DNA of 64,000 nt from Amoebophrya sp. A120 (Eukaryota; Protista; Dinoflagellata): positions 6,419,860 to 6,483,859 of the forward strand of contig CAJINV010000001.1 in assembly GCA_905178155.1 (NCBI GenBank), written 5' to 3'. Shown here piece by piece: positions 1 through 15,590 of this stretch. The translations under genes were made by a program, and so were the position numbers. Each line of letters begins with the position of its first letter. Positions within the stretch are counted from its first letter, which is position 1. The notes under the pieces are model-generated. The model did not search any database. It had not been told where the DNA came from and saw only the letters and a program-made list of their open reading frames with translations.

Positions 1-189
1 AAGGGACGCATTCGCGTGGACCTGGGCACGGGCAACCCTCTGTCGATAAAGCCTGCCAACCTGACCAACGAGGAGGAGTTCCGGAAAACGGGTCTTGTCA
101 TGAGTCTGGAAAAGGAAAAGCAAAATACCGTGTGGCCAATGCCCCCATGGAACGATGGCGCAGACGAGGAGTCGGCGTTGCCACAGTAA
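1..189 (+). CDS. 3' end of a gene truncated by the window edge (KGRIRVDLGTGNPLSIKPANL...PQ*); unknown product
   Basis: Open frame from base 1 to TAA at 187-189 with coding-like codon usage; the R.x.V.L...LS.KP.NL pattern resembles a small beta-barrel (SH3/KOW-like) motif. Confidence 0.55.
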   Translation, partial: KGRIRVDLGTGNPLSIKPANLTNEEEFRKTGLVMSLEKEKQNTVWPMPPWNDGADEESALPQ

Positions 190-1687
190 ACAAAGCATAA
201 GCAACGAGTAATAGAGCTGCACTACGACATCTTCGGAAGGACGATAGCGAAGCAAACCGATCGTACATCACACTCGTGCGAATCGATCGAGGCGATTCAT
301 GTTTACCAAACTCAACAGTTTAACAAGTCAAACAAGTTTGCGTTTTTTTACTAGTATCACACCCCGACGCGATATCCTCGTGTCTCTCCATAGAGGTCTA
401 CTTAGCGTATGGATGTACTTTATCATTGTCAAAGATTTTTTCAATCGCTACTGCGTGTACAACAATGACGCGAACGTGATGAAGATTTTGCTGTCGCTTC
501 ATTTTCAGGGTTATTCCAAATGAAACGGACGGTGGCGCCTTTTTTTTGCTGCCACACGATCCACATCGCGTATAATTTGTTGAACGAATGAACCCGCGAC
601 CCTAGCTGTGTGCGATTTCCGTCCCAGTGGTTATCGTGTGCATTCATGATCGACGAAAATCAGAATTTTGAAAATTTCGAAGAAACAGAGCGGCAATGAA
701 ATTATGCATTCGTGGAAGCGACGAGAGAACTCGATCAATTGCAAGCAGCTTGTCTTTGATGTAGTTGCGCAAACATCAACGGACGGTGTGGCCGCAGTTG
801 GCACCTTTTTCGCAAAGACCATCATTTGATTTCAACAGCGTTCACGACCCTTTTCAGCAGGAAATCGTGCGGTGCTTGCCAGTTACATTTCTGGATCGGC
901 ACACTCAGACTTCTGAGTACACATGTACCTCCTGCTGCTATGAATATATCAGGAGGCTCTGGTGAGGCCCTTTCCTTTTGGTTCACATCACAGTCGGTAG
1001 AAATTTGATCCACGGATTTTTAGAAAATAGAGTTGCACATGAACGAAGAAGATGGTGATGGACCCATGGCCATGTGCTGCACGACAGAGAAACGAAACGG
1101 TTTTTCTTGCACTTTTACAAGCATGGAGTAGAAGGAGAATTAGTCCCAAAAGAAAAGATAAAGAAAACAAAGAGCAAGACCGGTCGCAAAGCCCCGCCAC
1201 TGCCTTTCATAGCAAGATCTTCATCGACGCTCCTCTTCTAGTTCTACGACGTAGTTGTGGCATCAACAATGGTGCCATCAACAGTAGCAGTAGCACCCCG
1301 TTCTCGATGGCTCCTTTGGTTCCACTTCAGCTACCCACCACAAAAAGTACTTCTTTTCCCGATCTTCTTTTCGAATTACTTATAAGGAGAGTCGTCCACT
1401 AGCGCTATCATTATTATCCTCAATTCTGCAGCGCGGTGCTTTTTTCCACTTTTTCAAAGACGATCTTCCTTGTATTAGTATTTGTTTTAGATCGATTTCG
1501 CGGTAGTTCTGATATTGGTGCAGAAACTCCTTTCACGCTTCCCTTGGCGCTTATTCGTATTCCTACTTTAGACCATAACCATTTTTTTCAAAAGGAAGAC
1601 AGAGATAAAAAACGCTCTTTTCGAAAAATACTTTACATTCTTGTTGTTTTTGCGATCGAAGTGTGACAACTTTCGAGGTCACGAAAA

Positions 1688-4264
<2,577 letters not shown>

Positions 4265-4454
4265 GGGAGATAGTGCGTATTTTTCCTGCATCTGTGCCAG
4301 CTACTATCCGCTGACGACGACCTTCATTGGTTCCACGACCTGGAGACCACTCGACGAAGTTCGACGTCTTCAGCTTTTAGTTTGTGTAGAAGTAGTGATT
4401 TTTTTTGTATTGCGCAATGAAAAGCAAAATTCTGCGCCGTCAGAATTCAACATC

Positions 4455-4489
4455 GATTTTCATCCGCGCAGACTGCGCGGATGAAAATC
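4455..4489. repeat. Perfect 17-bp inverted repeat with 1-nt spacer
   Basis: GATTTTCATCCGCGCAG-A-CTGCGCGGATGAAAATC downstream of the malic enzyme stop. Confidence 0.9.
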
Positions 4490-5598
4490 AAATGATACGC
4501 CATCGAATCAGATCTGTCGAGTGGTTGATGCAAAAAGTCGTGCAGTCGCAAAGCAAACGCAAACAGCTTCAATTTTAAAACATGAAATTATGTGTGTATT
4601 CAAAACTCGTGTGTGTAAATAGTATAGTGGATGAGTCATCCTGCTTATCGATATCGTTTATTTTTTGCTACTAGTACTACACATCTGAGGATGACCCCAA
4701 TGAACCAATATCGCGCATACCCCCCGCACCCGTAGGATTCTACTTCATGATTAAGTATTTTCATTATGATGACGAGAGAACCCATGAGTATTGAAAACGA
4801 TCGTGCTGGTTGGCACTGATCATGGAAAAAGTTCAAGATTAAGATTTCCTTGTCCTCTCCTTCTGAATCTTGCAGGAGAAGGTTGTAAACCATGGGTGTG
4901 AAGATGGTATACACAACTTCTTTCACGCTGCAGAGTTCTGATGTTCATCAATCGTTTCTGCAGTTTTAGTGAGCGCCAGAAGATGAAGAACAAGAAGATC
5001 AAGCTCAAGAAGAACGCGCACCGCAGCCATTCCGCCGTCGTTCACGTTCTCTGTGAGGAGCAGAAGATAAGAAGCTTACCAGAGTAAGCTAGCCGCAGAA
5101 GTACGTTGGTTATGGTTCCCAATCCAAAATGTTGTAGATGTGGTTCAAGAAGTCTCGCTGACGTGGAGATGAGGTGTAATACGAGGTCGAAAGCGAAATT
5201 CCAAAACGACACACAAAATGATGTATGTAAAGAATAGGTCACATACGGAACAGAAGCCAGGGTAGGAAGTTAACGTTTGAAAAAATAGAAGGACGACTTC
5301 ACACTTCTTCATCAGGCGAACTATAGGAATACTTTATATGCGCCGTTAGCAATTCTTTACATTTTTCCAAAATCAAATTTAGGTCGTACATCGCAATGCA
5401 AGAACGCACTTCATCTCGGTCTCATTTTATTCACTTCTTTGTCTAGCGACCATGATCACAAATCCGGTCGATAACTCAGAGTATTGGCATTCGACATGTT
5501 AGATTCTCATTGAGAATTAGAAAACGCGACACGAGTACCACAACTTGAGTAGTGTATTATACACCTCAAAAGTATAAGTATATCGACCAGCACCAATC

Positions 5599-6166
5599 AT
5601 GTCTGGCGCGGGTGGTAGCAGCTCAAGCAACCCCGCGGGAAGTGCGGGAGCAGGCGGCCCAGTCTGCATGGATGTAGATTCGGGTCCAGCGCTCACCGGG
5701 CCGCGATTCGAAGTGAAAAAGTGGAACGCCGTGGGCTTGTGGGCCTGGGACATCATCGTGGACAACTGTGCCATCTGCAGGAATCACATAATGGACCTCT
5801 GCATCGAGTACTTATACTATGATTTTACAAATACAAGAGGAAGAATGCTTTGATTTGCATGTTGGACGTGATGGTTGCCCATGATGAACTTCTTCACTCT
5901 CTGTTAGTTTCTTTACTGTAGGTGTAGCTAGTCGTAGTCCTGGCGGAACACGTACGCAACATCTTTCGATGTTGGTAGCAAAGACTTGCTTGCTATACCC
6001 TTTCAGGTGCCAAGCAAACCAGCACGCGAATCCGGAGGAGTGCACGGTAGCGTGGGGTGTCTGCAACCACGCGTTTCATCTGCACTGCATCTCAAGGTGG
6101 CTGAAGACACGAAACGTGTGCCCGCTAGACAACGGAGAGTGGGAGTTCCAGAAGTATGGACGGTGA
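5599..6166 (+). CDS. RBX1: RING-box protein 1 (cullin-RING ligase subunit), exons 5599-5807 and 6007-6166
   Basis: [35 protein letters not shown]|CQAN...[32 protein letters not shown]; GT-AG intron 5808-6006. Confidence 0.97.
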
Positions 6167-6894
6167 AGCAGCCGCATCATCAAGTTCAAGCGGGATGGTT
6201 GATTTGCGGGAGCCGCAGACCGACACAAAGCACTTTCTCCTAAGCGACCAAGAAACGACCCCGCCCCACAGTTTTTTCTCCGACGACTTATTACAAAGCG
6301 ACACCCGCGACCAGCACAGGCACCCTGACCACCTTCCTGATTTTTTCTCGCTGAACATGTCGAAATTCAAATCGAACCGGAATGACGAGAAGGCCTTCTT
6401 GATGTGGGCCTCTATTGAGAATATCGCGGATGATCGTGACTCTGGACGATAATGCTTGCTGTTGATCGCAACTTTTTCTAGCTGCGTCTGGTTGCCTCCA
6501 TTAGGCAAATGAACTTCAGAAGGAGCAGGGTGCTGATCATGATGCCTTCAAGAGCTTACACGTTGTCGCTACGCCCCAACTACGAGGCACAACGAAAGCG
6601 AAACTCCTACTGAAGACTCTTTATCGTTATCCAGCGGGTGCTGCTCGTCAATTTATTTTTTTTGAAGAAGCTAACAAATCAAATGCAAGCGAGCCTGAGA
6701 ATTGCAAGCGCGACCCATCTCGTCGTGGTCCAGGAGGCTTCTCCGATCTAATGCCAACTCCCCCACTTCAGGGCCTAAGGTGTTCACATATTGCAGCACT
6801 ATGCCGCTTCCTGCAGCTCGCTGTTGCAGCTGCTATTTTTCATTCGCTGTTGATAAACATCATAAACGGTAGTTGCGTCTTGAGTATATTGCAA

Positions 6895-9285
6895 CAACTG
6901 CACCCGCCGGCGTGCGGGGCCCGTCGCCGCGGGGGAAGGGGCGACTGAGCCGAAAAATGGCGCGGCCCCTGTGCCGGCATGCCGCGCACAATGCAGGGCG
7001 GGAAGTCGCAAAACGCAATAAGAGGCAGGCGACGCTATCCCGCGCCGCCCGAGCCTCATTGACGGAGAAGAAGGCCCGCGCGTAAAATGTAAGCCGCGCG
7101 CCCTCCTCTAGCGACGCAGTTTCCCCCCGGAGAGTGGGGCGGGCCGAGGCAAAGCAACCGCCCCCGTGCGTTGATATTTAGCGACCGGGAGCAGTTTGGG
7201 GCGCGTTGCAATTCGGTCGCCCCGATTCCGTCGCGGCAAGGCGCGGCCGCAAGCGAAGGGCCCACGTGCCGCGGCCAAGCCGCGCATTGAACGCATACAG
7301 ACAGACTCAATCTCGACGGACCCGCAGCGCGCTTCGCGGCGGCGCCGGCCCCCAATCATTGCGCAGCCTCTTCTGATGCGCGTCCGACCCGAGCGAAAGA
7401 AACCGCAGGGCCGATTTCTTGCATCTCCGCCAATTGCTGGAGCATAAACAGACCGCGACCCGACACGTCCCGGGTAAGGTGATGCCTGCGGTTGGGCTAA
7501 CAAAATCACCACCGCAACAAAATGCGGGGCGTCGGAAAAGACGGAAACGCCGACGATGGCGCCAAGGTTGGCAAGAGAGGCGATTTCGACAAAGGCGGTA
7601 AGGCGGGCACTTTCGCCAGGCGCGTCAGCAGTGTGGGGCAGCCAGCCGCGAAGGGCGCCGCTGCGGCAACTCAATGAGGTCAGGCCCGCCGCCCGGGGGG
7701 GAGGCTGCCCGGCGGGCTACGGCATTGCCAGAGCGCTGCAGATGTATGAAGGGGTGGGAGAAAGTTCCAAGGCGGTGCCTAGGTGCGCAGACCTATTCCT
7801 TCCCGATAAGAGGATGGGCGGCGCCGGGATTGGGGCGCCGTGCGGCCGCGTCTGCCTGGATCGACAGGGGCGGGCGGGGCCGCTTCACATTGCGGCGCCG
7901 CGCAACGGGGTGGATGGGTGCATGGGTTGCGCAGGGCGCGTTGGCTGATTTCACGAAGCAGCGCCCCGGGCCGGAGGTTCGCAATCAATCTCGCCGAGAA
8001 AGAAGCGCGCGCGCAGCGCGCAAATCCGGGCGGCTGCGCGGCATGTGCCCAAGTTGGAGGACCGGACGAGAAAAATCAGCGACGCGCCGGCGCCCCTAAC
8101 CCCGAGCAGAATCATGGCGCTATGCCCGTGCTGGTCCCGTGTGTGTTTCTGGGGAGGGCATTCAAGCCGGGGCGTCGTTCTGTTGGAGAACTCGCTCTGC
8201 TGAAGAACTCGCATCACTTTCGTCCGTGCATCGCACTCGGCTGCGAAGTTGTTCGGGGCCTGAACGTCGCCGGCCACCGTTCTGAAACCAACGAAGGAGG
8301 TGGGCAGGCGCCGGCGCTTGGCCCGGGCTCGCTTAGCTTCTCCCGCTTTTTCTCGACAGCCCGACCCTTCCAAGCAGTTGTGGCCCCCTTGCCCTTGCCG
8401 GTGCGTGGAACGAGGGCCGCGCGCCCCGCTAGCAGACGCTACCTGGAGCGGGGTGGCACTCCGGTGCCACGCATTGGCCCGGTGTGTGTAGTTCCGCCAG
8501 CCCGGGACTGTGTCGGGCCCGGCGCCCGGGTGACACGTTCAAGCGCGGCCGCGAAGCCAAAGCGCTGCCGTCTTCGCACGCACGAGCCCAAACAAGCGCG
8601 CCGCCAGGAACAAAGTAAAGAATGCAGAGAAGGCCGGGGCCGAATTTGGGCGGGCCAAGACAGAGGCAGGCGGGGGCTCCGAGTGGGCCCGGGAAATGGC
8701 GGAGGGGAGCGGCGCCCGCGACGAGGGAGGTAGGCGGCGCAACGCACCCGGCTGGAATCGGGCCGCGCCTTCGTGCTCTTGGTTGGGCCAGCCCGGCCCC
8801 GAGCGCGCCCGGGGATTGGCTGCGCGGGCGTCCGGCGCTTCAGCAGCTTCGCCGAAGAGGCGGCTCGGTTCGTTGGTGGCCCGGGCAGATTGTCAGCACA
8901 CACACAGCGAGGCGTGATCGACAGCACGCACCCAGGTTGGCGCGCTGATCAGCCGGGCAGGGTCGCCTGTGCCGCTTGGGCGTCGGATTGCCGCGCGCGG
9001 GGGGCCGACCGAGGTAGAGCCTACCTTGCGGCAGTTTTCTTTTTGGGCCCTGCAACGGGAACGGCTTTGTGCCGTGCTTCCGCAAATGATTCAAGGAGGC
9101 GCGTGGGGTCGACGTCATTTTCGTATGCCGTTATGTATTGCTGGTTTTGGCAAAGAAATGGCTATGGCCTCGGTATCCATGCCTCGGGCTGCCAACCTCG
9201 GCATGCGCCGCCTTGAGGTTTCCCTGGTGGTTCTAGCCGAAGAAGGGGGCGGGCGGAACGTCCTTCGCGTTTGAGATCGCAGTGC
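6895..9285. other. GC-rich island with no credible ORF; possible decayed mobile element or pseudogene
   Basis: Abrupt compositional shift relative to AT-rich flanks; only short overlapping Arg/Ala/Gly/Pro-rich ORFs in all frames; no clear TIR or TSD found. Confidence 0.35.
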
Positions 9286-9668
9286 AGCATTGCTGGCGTT
9301 GCATGAGGAGGGCCTTCCTTGCTTTTCGAGAGTGGTGTATCGTGGCTATCATGCTTCTCTCGTTGGCGCATGTTGAGTTGTTCTGGCACGAGTGTCAAGC
9401 CAGATTCTCCCGCATCGACGGAGGACCGCGAGTGCGGGCTGCAAACCGCGAATGCCTGCACCGTGTGGTGTCGAGTGACAATAGGAATAGGAGTAGCTGC
9501 TGCTTTGAGAATTTATGTAACAAGTCAGTGGGATCGTCGCGTCTTTCGATGCCGCGATTGATCTCCATACTCAAATTCATTTTCAATGACTACCGTGTGG
9601 TAGGTGGTCGTCGTGTTGTAGTATCTTTCTCCGCTCCGTGGACGTGGTTGTCGTCCGTCTTGATGAAG

Positions 9669-10523
9669 ATGGTCTATTTGTTGTGTCGGTCTCGGTTCAT
9701 TGCCTCAACATTTTTGGTTGTGGCTTCAGTAACATGTGCGCGGGACGACAAGGGCTTCGTGGTACCGGCTTCAGAAATTTCGCCAGAAAACTTCTCCGGT
9801 CAACATTTGCGCCGCAGCACACAAGATGATGGCGGTCCGAATGAAGCATTTAGCTCAACAAGCCACCAGCACGGCAGCAAAGTTGTAGCTCTCTCTCCGT
9901 CCGCAGAAGTGGATGAACGACACATCCGGCATACCGATGTTCCTGACGATTCGCAGTTATTGGCGCTTCCACGACGTCGAGATAATCGCCTAGATGTTGG
10001 GCAAGCACAGCATAGACCACCAACAGGAATATCCAGCTCACTCGCAGTTGCGTCCACCTCTGAAAAATTCACACAAACCCCCCCAGTAAAGCTATTACGC
10101 GGCGCAGCACCAGGACCAGCGGATAATGACAAAGTGCACACCCAACGAAGTCACCAGATGCGCGGAATCATCAGCGGCATACATCGCGAAGGCATGCAAG
10201 AATCGCAGAAAGGCCGTCCGCAGGCTCCTGGCGCAGGTCATTCTCAATCATTTGTTGAAGAAGAACCTGTGGGGCTAGAGCAGCGACGAGCCCAAAACCG
10301 AACAAGTCTGTCGCAATTGTCAGACACTTCCTCATCTTGGTCCTCCGGCTTTGCCTTGCCTCTCTTGGTAATCGGCGGCACAGTGACAAGTTGCTTTTGC
10401 GTCGGCTACTACTACATGCGATGTCCCAAAGATACTGCGATGACGGACGACGAGGAGGAGCACGAGGTGATAGTGGACGGGGAATTTGTCGACAAGGCTC
10501 AGAAGAGTAGAGCTCGTGCTTGA
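9669..10523 (+). CDS. Hypothetical type-I membrane protein (signal peptide, disordered ectodomain, one TM helix, acidic tail)
   Basis: MVYLLCRSRFIASTFLVVASVTCA signal-like start inside ORF 9282-10523; TM-like FALPLLVIGGTVTSCFCVGYYYM; start could be 9663. Confidence 0.6.
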   Translation: MVYLLCRSRFIASTFLVVASVTCARDDKGFVVPASEISPENFSGQHLRRSTQDDGGPNEAFSSTSHQHGSKVVALSPSAEVDERHIRHTDVPDDSQLLALPRRRDNRLDVGQAQHRPPTGISSSLAVASTSEKFTQTPPVKLLRGAAPGPADNDKVHTQRSHQMRGIISGIHREGMQESQKGRPQAPGAGHSQSFVEEEPVGLEQRRAQNRTSLSQLSDTSSSWSSGFALPLLVIGGTVTSCFCVGYYYMRCPKDTAMTDDEEEHEVIVDGEFVDKAQKSRARA

Positions 10524-11019
10524 TTGTTCCAACGGAGAAATAACAGTGAGATTGCTGTTGACGCTGAACAAGTACAGCCGCTGTTCCAATTTCCGTGTTG
10601 ATTGTTGTCCAACGTTTCTCCAGTTGTTTCGGTTTCAATAATGATAGGGCTGCTTTGCTATTGCGGGTGCATTATAATCAATCACCACGCCTAACAGTAA
10701 CAACGCGGAAGCGGAAGATCGGGACTCTCAGGGAGTGACTGTGGTGTTCTCCAACCGCTAAAAAGCTGCAGTTTAACTTTGACAGTGGCTTCTGATGTGT
10801 ATCCAAGAATAGAAAGCCCAGGGAAACAACAAACGAAGACGAACAACAACGCATGGAGATCCCGACTGAGTGAGCAAAGCATGACTTGAATAATATTCAT
10901 GTGCAGTCGTATTGGTCGTCCCTAAGCCTACTTAACCCTACATGATCATCAAATCATCTCCATCTTCAATGCGCTGCAGTCGAATATTCTCCCTCATTAC
11001 GAGCGAATAATTGCGGCAG

Positions 11020-14000
11020 GCACAAAGCGATATCAAGATGGTGGAAGGAGCTGCACTACCGTTCCAGCAGCAAGACCCTTCGCTGGTGGATCCGGAGTCA
11101 GGCACGATCTCCCCTGCTTTGACACACAATTTCGATGACCTCGTCCGTTTGATTGAGCTCGCAAACAAAAACTACAAGGTTCGCACCCAATCGCTGGATG
11201 CGCAGGCCGCCCGGGACTACCAGCTCGATTTGGACCAAAGGGGATGGAAGGTTCTGACTGTAGTGTTAGTGTACGATTTCGCGAAGAGTTCTGTAGTATC
11301 TGAAAAGCAAGTGCCATTGGTCATCATCACGAAACAATCTTCTGCTTCTTTTGTGTCTCGATGCAATGCAACAAGTACTTACGTGGCTATGGGTATGGCT
11401 ACTCGCATGATCTTCGTTGCTTCGTCTTCACACCAGGTCCTCATACCCATTGGCACAGACGAGTATGGCTTAGTTGCTCATAGCCCGAACAAAAGTCTCA
11501 TCGTTCTTGCGTTCGCCGGATCCTGTGGGCAGACCGATTGGGAGACGAATCTGCACTGCCGTGCGACCTACTCTGAGCGGCACCGCGGAGACGTTCACAC
11601 TGGGTATCTAGCACGGTACGACGCACTACGAGATCAGCTGCTTCAAGTGCTCGCCTCGCTGCAAGGAGCTGTCACGCAAGCCACGAAAATTTTGGTCACC
11701 GGTCACTCCTGTGGCGGAGCGGTCGCGCAGCTGGCACTGGGCGAAGTCGTAAGAAAGACGATACATAGCTATGTCTATTGCAGCAGCAGAATGAATTTGT
11801 GCATCCCTTAATGCGAAAAGCAAAGGTAGACATGGAAACTGCAGGGCCTTGTGGTGAGTGCTTGTTTTTGTACACCTGGAATAAATGATGTAACTAAAAT
11901 ACTGCAGGTGTCTCTCTGCGCCAGCTCGTGGTTTGGTCGAGAATGGAGCAACGTGCTGCAGCCGAAAGTTTTTGGCTACTTTCTGTCATCTCCAATGGCG
12001 GTGACCTTCGCTACTGGTGCCTACGAATACCTGAACGCGATCGTCGGCGAGAAGAACATGGCGTCACAATTTCCGGAGGGAGACCTGGTGAAATGTTTTT
12101 TGTTTGTGTTTCAAGAGCCACGAAGATATCGAAGATTATATGGAACAGATTCAGATACAGATGTAGGAAAATAATTTGGCTTTGGTTTTGGAGGTGAGCG
12201 TGTGTGTGTCTTTGACTTTGACAGTGAAATTGTACGAAGGAAAGTAGCGAAAAATCTCTTCAGGTCGCCGCCACGGGCTGGGACGCAACGATTCAGGGCC
12301 TGCTTCGTAAACTTTCTCAGACGAAGGAAACCGACGCGGCGGCCATGGATCTCTTTGAGCAGTTGCAGGGGATCACGTGGGTGCAGGAGCTGCAGTATTA
12401 CCGCCCCCTGGGCCGGTTTCTCGTCCAAACCGTCTCCGGCGGGATGGTCTTGCAAAAAGACTTCGGTAATGGGGCAAGTGCGTCAATGATGTCCGCAACG
12501 CCGCCAAGTTCTAGCGTCGCTGCAGCAGGGATGGGCAACGAAGACAGCAATAAAGCTGCTACGGAGCAGCCACTTGATCCGGATGACCTCTACGTGTGGG
12601 ACACGTTTCGGCAGGCTCTTGCCGACTGCGGACTAGCTGCGCATCTTGGCGGCCGCAACAGCGAGCGCGAGTTTGTCCGGTGGATCACCGAACCGCCTTC
12701 GGTCAGTATCGTGAGAAAAATGTGTTACAGTTACACAGTCTCATGCAAAACAAGCAAGACAGACAACCTCTGTCATGCAGAAAACGCTTGCCAGCGTCAT
12801 TTCATTCGTGTTTTCCCTTCTAGTCTGCGCATTACAAGTTGTCTCTCTCATGCAGAGAAATTTGTGTTGCTGAATTCACTACAAATGTGTAACTGTAACA
12901 CTTTTTTCTTGTGATAGTCAGTCTGCTGGAGAAGGGGAACCGGTTGTGGAGTGACTGGAACGCGAAAACGGAAGAACGTGCGGAAAAATTACCGCCGATG
13001 CCAGCAACGGTCTTCGCCGAAGCGGGTGCATCTTCATCGACTTCCACGCCGTCCCGAGTGGAAGTTGGCGGAGGTCCTCGCCGTCTTCTCGCGTTTCAAA
13101 GTCCGATGTTGCAGGTGCCGCCAGTTGTAGCGCCAGTAGTAGGTGCTGCTGCCGCTGCTGTGGCACCCTCTCCCCTGCGCAGCATGATGTTCGTGCCTCA
13201 ACAGGCACAACTGCCCGCAGCGGCATCGCCTTGGAACGGCGCAACAGCAGCTCAACAGCTACAGCAACTACAATACCAGCAGCCTGCCGCACCTGCGATC
13301 CCAATATCGGCGGGATCGCTTGGCAATACAATCAGACCAGTTGGAGTTAGTGCCCTAGTAGGGTCTCAAGTTCCCGGAGCTGCCTCCACATCAGCATCAG
13401 CCTCAGAATCTGCGCCAAATCAACATGTTGCACAACACCAGCAGCCGCATCCGATAGCCGCTCCCGGACCACCTGCAGGAGCGCAGCCCGTAGCTCCTAC
13501 CCCGTTTCAGCAGAGCGGACCTGCTCCTCAAGCTCACCCGTCATTTATGACGACCAGGCCGCACGCCATGGGACGAGTCGAGCTCGCAGCTCCTACTTTG
13601 CACATGCCCTCGCAGCTACATGAATCACTCCCACAACCACAGGCACAGAACCAACCTCAAGCAGTCGCATTCCCGCAGCACCCCGGGCTGACGAAACCGC
13701 AGATACAACCCCCGGAGGTGAAAAAGGCGAAACTTCGCAAGTTCGTCTTCGTGGATCCAGCGACGGCGAACGAGGACACGAAGGGAACCACCGTCACGAC
13801 AACCAGCGAAGAAAGAAACGGAATAAACGGAACAACAGTACCGCAAGACCCCGACGCTGGCCTCGTCGAGCAACCGGCTGCTCTCGCACCGGAGCCACAC
13901 GCTCCGCCTGTTTTGTTTGCGCCCGAAGCTGGTGGGACTGCTGGTATGTCTGCAACAACAGGGCCTTCTTCCGCATTATCAGCCGCGGAGGCTTACCGCC

Positions 14001-14464
14001 AGCAACTAGCAGCGGTAGTTGCAGCGCCCGCACGATCACCTGGGGGAGGTCCTCCGAACGTCGGAGCAGTGTCATCAAGTCCCGCTGAAGCCGCGGCCAG
14101 TATTAAGCAGGCCTTTCTTGCGTCGTTCGCGAAGCCTGCCTACGTACCACCACTACAAGGACTGCAGGTAGTTCGAGCTTTTTCTTTTCGTTTCTTCTTT
14201 GCGTTTTCGGATTTGTTGAGTCGGTATGCGCCGTTCCCGCCGCTCTAGGATGTAGATGTCCGGACTTGATGCGCTTGCATCTTCCCGATCCCTGACCAGT
14301 ATTGCGCAATTTGTTGTATATTATGTTGCCCACTTTTCATCTACTACTGCGCTTCTCAGTTGCCGTCTACGATCGCGCCGAATGTTGGAAAGGTGCAAGC
14401 GATGCTTCCTACATTTCGCGAGAAATTGCAGGCAAACCAGCGCTACTTCGCTTCGCCAACGTAG
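11020..14464 (+). CDS. Class-3 (fungal-type) lipase-domain protein with long Pro/Gln/Ala-rich C-terminus; 5' start uncertain
   Basis: IVLAFAGS, VHTGY, VTGHSCGGAVAQL (GxSxG); introns ~11251-11436, ~11746-11907, 12088-12263, non-canonical 12707-12921, 14168-14359; last exon 14360-14464. Confidence 0.8.
12707..12916. mobile_element. IR introner (non-canonical intron) in lipase gene; TSD GTCAG
   Basis: Left TATCGTGAGAAAAATGTGTTACAGTTACACA vs right revcomp TATCACAAGAAAAAAGTGTTACAGTTACACA; GTCAG at 12702-12706 and 12917-12921; removal joins PPSV-SLLEK in frame. Confidence 0.92.
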
Positions 14465-15590
14465 CAATCCAATTCGGCGGTAGAGAAGATTTCTTGTAGG
14501 ATGCTTTCTTCTAACAACGATGGATGACGGATGACGCTGAATGAAACCTGAAGAAAGACAAAAAGAAAAACACGGTAAGCATTTAGAGAAAAAGAAATTC
14601 GCCAAAAACGAGGACACTTGCTTCGTGCTCTTCTTGCACCGTTAGCGAAAAACACGTTTCCAGTTTCTCGCCCGTTTCTGGCGATTCGAGAATTGAAGTA
14701 TGAAATACAAAAAAATCGCATCTCCACGATGGTTCAGTATCGAGTTCGTTGCACATGCGCCACTTCGTTCCTCCGCATGGATTTTCTGGCTTGCACTGCT
14801 AAGTTAGATAGTACTAGTTTCTAGATGCCGTTTGTGATCGTGAAAATGTTGTGTGATCCTGCATTCAGACATCATCCAGGTGAGGCTGTGTCTTCGTTTC
14901 GTTCACGCTTTCGTTCGCAAATTTGTCAACAAAAACCGAGCTGCCCATGTTTTATTCGTCCATCCGTTCCTGATGATGTTGTCTTGAAGAAAACGTTCCG
15001 GCAGTCCTCGGTCATCCGTCGTTCGTCCTCTCCAGTAGGATCGCATTGTATTTTTTGTAGATGATCCTACGAAGAAACCTGACCTCAACACACTTGAGCA
15101 AGTATCGACACGTTCTTGTTCAACATTTTGACAAAAAAACGAAAAAGCTGACATACGCGCTCTATTTTCGCCCTGGAACAAACGAGAGATTCAATATTTT
15201 GTACGCGCACACATTATCTCCAACCTCTTTCTTTTCATCCATTTTCACAACAGCTCCTGTTCTGCCTGTGTTTCGAATAAGTAGCGATCTGTACTAAGAA
15301 AACTACATTAAAGCAAACCAGTAGTACCAACGCCAACCTCGTCGGAACAAGTAGTTTTCATTTCATTTCAACCTTGGTCGATTACGGGACTTCCCCCTTA
15401 CCTATAAGCGTTGATGTTCCTCAACTAGTTAGCCATGCTCTGGTCAGTGTGGAGAACACGAGCCACTCCTCCCCTTGTTGGGGATGGGGACACCGACACC
15501 TCCAACTCTACTTCTTGACTCATCCTTTTCCTTTCACCCCCGAGCCCGACCCCCTCTATTTGAATAAAGTTTCCCACACTCCACGTCAAC

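Noticed and set aside
7056-9216. ORFs of 100-297 aa in the GC-rich island
   Set aside because: Expected from stop-codon scarcity; no consistent frame or domain
6870-9295. Candidate TIR GCAACAACTGCAC / GTGCAGCATTGC bounding the GC island
   Set aside because: Short, imperfect and without a TSD
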